A stretch of 64,000 nt of DNA from Nitrospira sp. (lineage in GTDB: Bacteria; Nitrospirota; Nitrospiria; Nitrospirales; Nitrospiraceae). Each line of letters starts with the position of its first letter. The first letter of the stretch is position 1. The notes beneath the pieces were generated by a model that saw nothing but the letters and a program-made list of their open reading frames with translations, had not been told where the DNA came from and did no database searches. The DNA lies in contig AP038806.1 in NCBI GenBank assembly GCA_047150005.1, forward strand, positions 768,001-832,000. The letters run 5' to 3'. A program made the position numbers and the translations under genes. Below, in pieces: positions 60,907-64,000 of this stretch.

Positions 60907-61284
60907 TCACTCACATCCGACCCGATACCCCTCCAGAATCGTTCCCTTGTCGTCGGCAATAAAACGCAACTGGCAATTGACGTTACCCCCGTACAAGGGA
61001 AGCAGGTTGTATTCATCCGCCTGGCCCGGCATCCGGTCGATGGCGAAATCCCACACCATTTCGGTTCTGCCGTCGGGAAGTTCGTGAGGATGGAGATTCG
61101 GAGGCCCCAATTCCAGATAGAGCTTCTGCCGATCCCCTCCGATCCATCGATTCACCACGTCGTCCCAGGTCTGGTACGGACCGCTGACATCCCGCTTGGC
61201 TTTGTCGGTCGCACATCCGATCTGCAATAGGATCAGGCATCCTGCCATGATCGCCCCCAGCGCCCGAACGTGCCGTCTCAGCAT
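60907..61284 (-). CDS. Hypothetical lipoprotein
   Basis: QIGC lipobox; LGPP...W..C. Confidence 0.65.
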   Translation of the reverse strand: MLRRHVRALGAIMAGCLILLQIGCATDKAKRDVSGPYQTWDDVVNRWIGGDRQKLYLELGPPNLHPHELPDGRTEMVWDFAIDRMPGQADEYNLLPLYGGNVNCQLRFIADDKGTILEGYRVGCE

Positions 61285-61372
61285 GTTGCCTCAATCCTCA
61301 TGGGAATATCCTGCGCAGACCCCATCAACCAATGACGGTTTGAGTGTCGCAAATCTGGGGAGACCCGGCGAC

Positions 61373-62011
61373 TCATCGAGAGGAGGAAGGCTCCAGCGGA
61401 ACCCCACCGAGATCCCGATCGAGATCGACCAACACTTGCCGTGCCGCCTGGGAAAGCCCCGCCGCCAAGGCATCGGGAGACCGACCGGCCAGCGGCACCT
61501 CCTGACGGTAGGTGCGACGGAAGACCACCACTTCGTCCTTTCGGTCGTCGATCAGCATCATCTCCACGCCGAGTACCGCGTGCGGAGAGCCGCTGGCCCG
61601 ATAGTCACCGTAAAACTCCGTCACAGTCCCATTCAGCACGTGCGTCGGCTCGACGTGATTCATCCCGCTCAACACGAACCGGAACCGGTTCGACTTCGAC
61701 AGCCACCCCTGAAACTGCTGCGTCAGCAACACGCTCGGCGACACCAACCACTCGTTGTAGAAATCGTTGTCGTACTGCAATTCCCCCACCCGATACACCA
61801 TGGCCCGACCGGCAAACAGGGGAGAGACGCGGAACCGGCTGATTCTCAACACCGCAGACGCATCGGCGGCCGGCGGTTGTTGACCGGCGCCCACGTCCAG
61901 CACAAACGACCGCTTCTCCGGATAACTCTTGCTCAGATTGAGGCAGCCGCTCAGCACCAGCGACAGCATCGCGGCACAACACAGTCCCATCTTCGCGGCC
62001 CGATCGATCAT
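61373..62011 (-). CDS. ABC-type transport auxiliary lipoprotein (PqiC-like)
   Basis: LSGC lipobox, MVYR...YNEW..P; in MCE operon. Confidence 0.8.
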   Translation of the reverse strand: MIDRAAKMGLCCAAMLSLVLSGCLNLSKSYPEKRSFVLDVGAGQQPPAADASAVLRISRFRVSPLFAGRAMVYRVGELQYDNDFYNEWLVSPSVLLTQQFQGWLSKSNRFRFVLSGMNHVEPTHVLNGTVTEFYGDYRASGSPHAVLGVEMMLIDDRKDEVVVFRRTYRQEVPLAGRSPDALAAGLSQAARQVLVDLDRDLGGVPLEPSSSR

Positions 62012-63021
62012 CGTGTCACCGCCTGCGACCGCGGCGGCGGCTCACCGAAGAGCACCTGGGAAGGATACCGCTCGACCGCCTTCGTGAGGTACCGCAACTC
62101 CTCCGATACAGAGCGCAGGTTTTCGAAGAGATCGTCGACCTTTTCCCCTTGCCCGACCAGGAGCGCGTCGACCCTGCGCATGCTCTTGTTGACCCGCGTC
62201 ATAAGGTCCGGGAGTTGCTCTGTCGCGAGTCGGACCGTCTTGGCCGTGTGGCTGAGGTCGTCGGCGGTCCGCCGGAAATCTTCGAGAGCCTTCGCGAGAT
62301 GCGGGCTGTCGAGGACGCGGCGCGCGTCTTGAACCGCGGATCGCAACTCCGTCATCACGTGTTTCGCTTCGGCTCCCAATTGCTCCGATTGCACATCCGT
62401 CACCAAACGCGTGACCGAGAGGATCATCGTGTCCAGGTCTTTGGTCACCCTTTCGAATTCGACTTGATCCAGCTTTCGCGCAATAGAGCGGAGATCGGCA
62501 CCCAACTCTGAAATCGTGCTCGGGGCAGACGGAATGTAGGGAGTCTTGGGCGTCCAGGAGATCGCCATGGGAGGATAGCGTTCGGGGTCGAGAAACTCCG
62601 ACTCGATGTACAGAACCCCCGTGATGCCCTGCGACGCCAACCGAAAGCGGAATCCGGCATCGGCCGCGATCTTCATGACCGTCTCTTCGTCTTCCTCCGG
62701 AAAGCGCACCACGACGCTGGGACGAACGGACATCCTCACCACCACCACACCCTTGAAGGGAAACGTCCCCTGGGTCTTCATGGGCAGCCCGTATTCTTCA
62801 CGAGCCAGGTGGATGGACTCGACCCGGCCCACCGGGACCCCGTGGATTCGCACCGGAGCGCCGACTTCCAGCCCCTGTACCGACTCGATGAAGTAGGTCT
62901 CGACCATCGTCTTGGTTTCAAACCATTTGCCCGCCCCCAAGATGATCACGGCAAGGACGGCCAGGCTGACCGCCCCAATGACGAACAGCCCGATCTTAAA
63001 GTATCGCGCCTTCTGGTTCAC
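62008..63021 (-). CDS. MlaD/MCE family protein
   Basis: IGLFV TM, ESVQGLEVGAPV..GVPVGRV, GITG, helical C-terminus. Confidence 0.88.
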   Translation of the reverse strand: MNQKARYFKIGLFVIGAVSLAVLAVIILGAGKWFETKTMVETYFIESVQGLEVGAPVRIHGVPVGRVESIHLAREEYGLPMKTQGTFPFKGVVVVRMSVRPSVVVRFPEEDEETVMKIAADAGFRFRLASQGITGVLYIESEFLDPERYPPMAISWTPKTPYIPSAPSTISELGADLRSIARKLDQVEFERVTKDLDTMILSVTRLVTDVQSEQLGAEAKHVMTELRSAVQDARRVLDSPHLAKALEDFRRTADDLSHTAKTVRLATEQLPDLMTRVNKSMRRVDALLVGQGEKVDDLFENLRSVSEELRYLTKAVERYPSQVLFGEPPPRSQAVTR

Positions 63022-63051
63022 GATATTCCGACCGACCTCCGTGCCGCCTGT

Positions 63052-63822
63052 TCAGCCCTGCACCGTCGCTTCGCGGTTGAAGAACTGCCGGACCCATGGG
63101 TTGTCCGAATGATCGCGCAGCTCCTGCGGCTTCCCTTCGGCGATGATGCCTTTCGTCCGCTTGTCCAGCATGATGACGCGGTCGGCAATCGCGTCGATGC
63201 TGGCGAGCTCGTGCGTCACGACGACAAACGTAATGCGGAGCGTGCGCGCGAGACCGATGATCAACTGATCCAGTTCGGCGGACGTGATGGGATCCAGACC
63301 GGCCGAGGGTTCGTCCAGAAACAGGATGGGAGGATCCAGCGCCATGGCCCGCGCGATGGCGGCGCGCTTTCTCATCCCGCCGCTGATCTCGTCCGGTAAC
63401 TTATGGGCCGCCGATCCCAAGCCGACCAATTGCAGTTTCATCAAGGCGATTCGATCGACGGCCTCATCCGGCATGTCGGTGTACTCCTCCAGCGGCAAGC
63501 GGACGTTTTCGAGGAGGCTCATCGATCCGAACAGGGCGCCTTGCTGATACATCACGCCGATGCCGGTCAGGATCTTGAGCCGCTCAGCCCCTTCCGCGGT
63601 CACAATGTCCCGCCCCTGGATGAGGATCGATCCGTGCATCGGCCGGTGAAGCCCGATCATGTGCTTCAGCAGCGTGCTCTTGCCGGAGCCGGACCCGCCC
63701 AGAATCACGAACACTTCACCCGGATACACGTCGAACGTGAGATCGTCGAGCAACACCACGTCGCCGTAACCCGCCGTCACATGCGCCACACGGATGATCG
63801 GCCGTCCGCCGGACATGCCCAT
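63052..63822 (-). CDS. MlaF-like ABC ATP-binding protein
   Basis: GGSGSGKS, ISGGMRKR, DEPSAGLDP. Confidence 0.9.
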   Translation of the reverse strand: MGMSGGRPIIRVAHVTAGYGDVVLLDDLTFDVYPGEVFVILGGSGSGKSTLLKHMIGLHRPMHGSILIQGRDIVTAEGAERLKILTGIGVMYQQGALFGSMSLLENVRLPLEEYTDMPDEAVDRIALMKLQLVGLGSAAHKLPDEISGGMRKRAAIARAMALDPPILFLDEPSAGLDPITSAELDQLIIGLARTLRITFVVVTHELASIDAIADRVIMLDKRTKGIIAEGKPQELRDHSDNPWVRQFFNREATVQG

Positions 63823-63831
63823 ACGCTGCCC

Positions 63832-64000
63832 TCAAATACCCAGATAGTAAAACACCACTGCGAACACGCCGTCGACGATCGTAATCAGCACGAGTCCGCT
63901 CACGACGGCCCTGGTCGTCGATTCTCCCACGGCACTGGCCCCGCTTCGCGTCTGCAACCCACGCAGACAGCCGATCGCCGCCACGACGATGCCGAACACG
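63832..64000 (-). CDS. MlaE-like ABC permease, C-terminal part (starts beyond window)
   Basis: Manual translation VFGIVVAAIGCLRGLQTRSGASAVGESTTRAVVSGLVLITIVDGVFAVVFYYLGI-stop. Confidence 0.88.
   Translation of the reverse strand, partial: VFGIVVAAIGCLRGLQTRSGASAVGESTTRAVVSGLVLITIVDGVFAVVFYYLGI

Overview
Bacterial chromosomal window; gene content and order (dnaB-hisZ-serA, pilT/pilU, FGE-sulfatase, many lipoproteins) suggest Nitrospira/Nitrospirota (inference). 1-19.1 kb: a minus-strand locus running from type IV pilin pilA through an O-antigen-ligase-like/TPR gene, a PilG/H/I-like ABC system and Wzm/Wzt to glycosyl- and methyltransferases. 19.5-34.7 kb: core genes. 35-39.3 kb: secreted proteins and lipoproteins. 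39.4-58.6 kb is the most notable region. It is an array anchored on the 3' end of a tRNA-Glu(TTC) gene (58563-58640, minus strand). Five further copies of the tRNA 3'-end core (39641, 49056, 51664, 55911, 56399) sit within conserved non-tRNA arms and delimit five integrase-free cargo modules of 9415, 2608, 4247, 488 and 2164 bp. The right arm of each junction encodes a conserved 28-aa peptide tail ending in ...GFV(N/I)AA-stop, with many synonymous differences between copies. At the outermost junction this tail follows a probable large-serine-recombinase C-terminal remnant. A 163-bp MITE-like element also lies in the array. 58.8-64 kb: lipoproteins, a MarR regulator and an Mla/MCE-type ABC operon.
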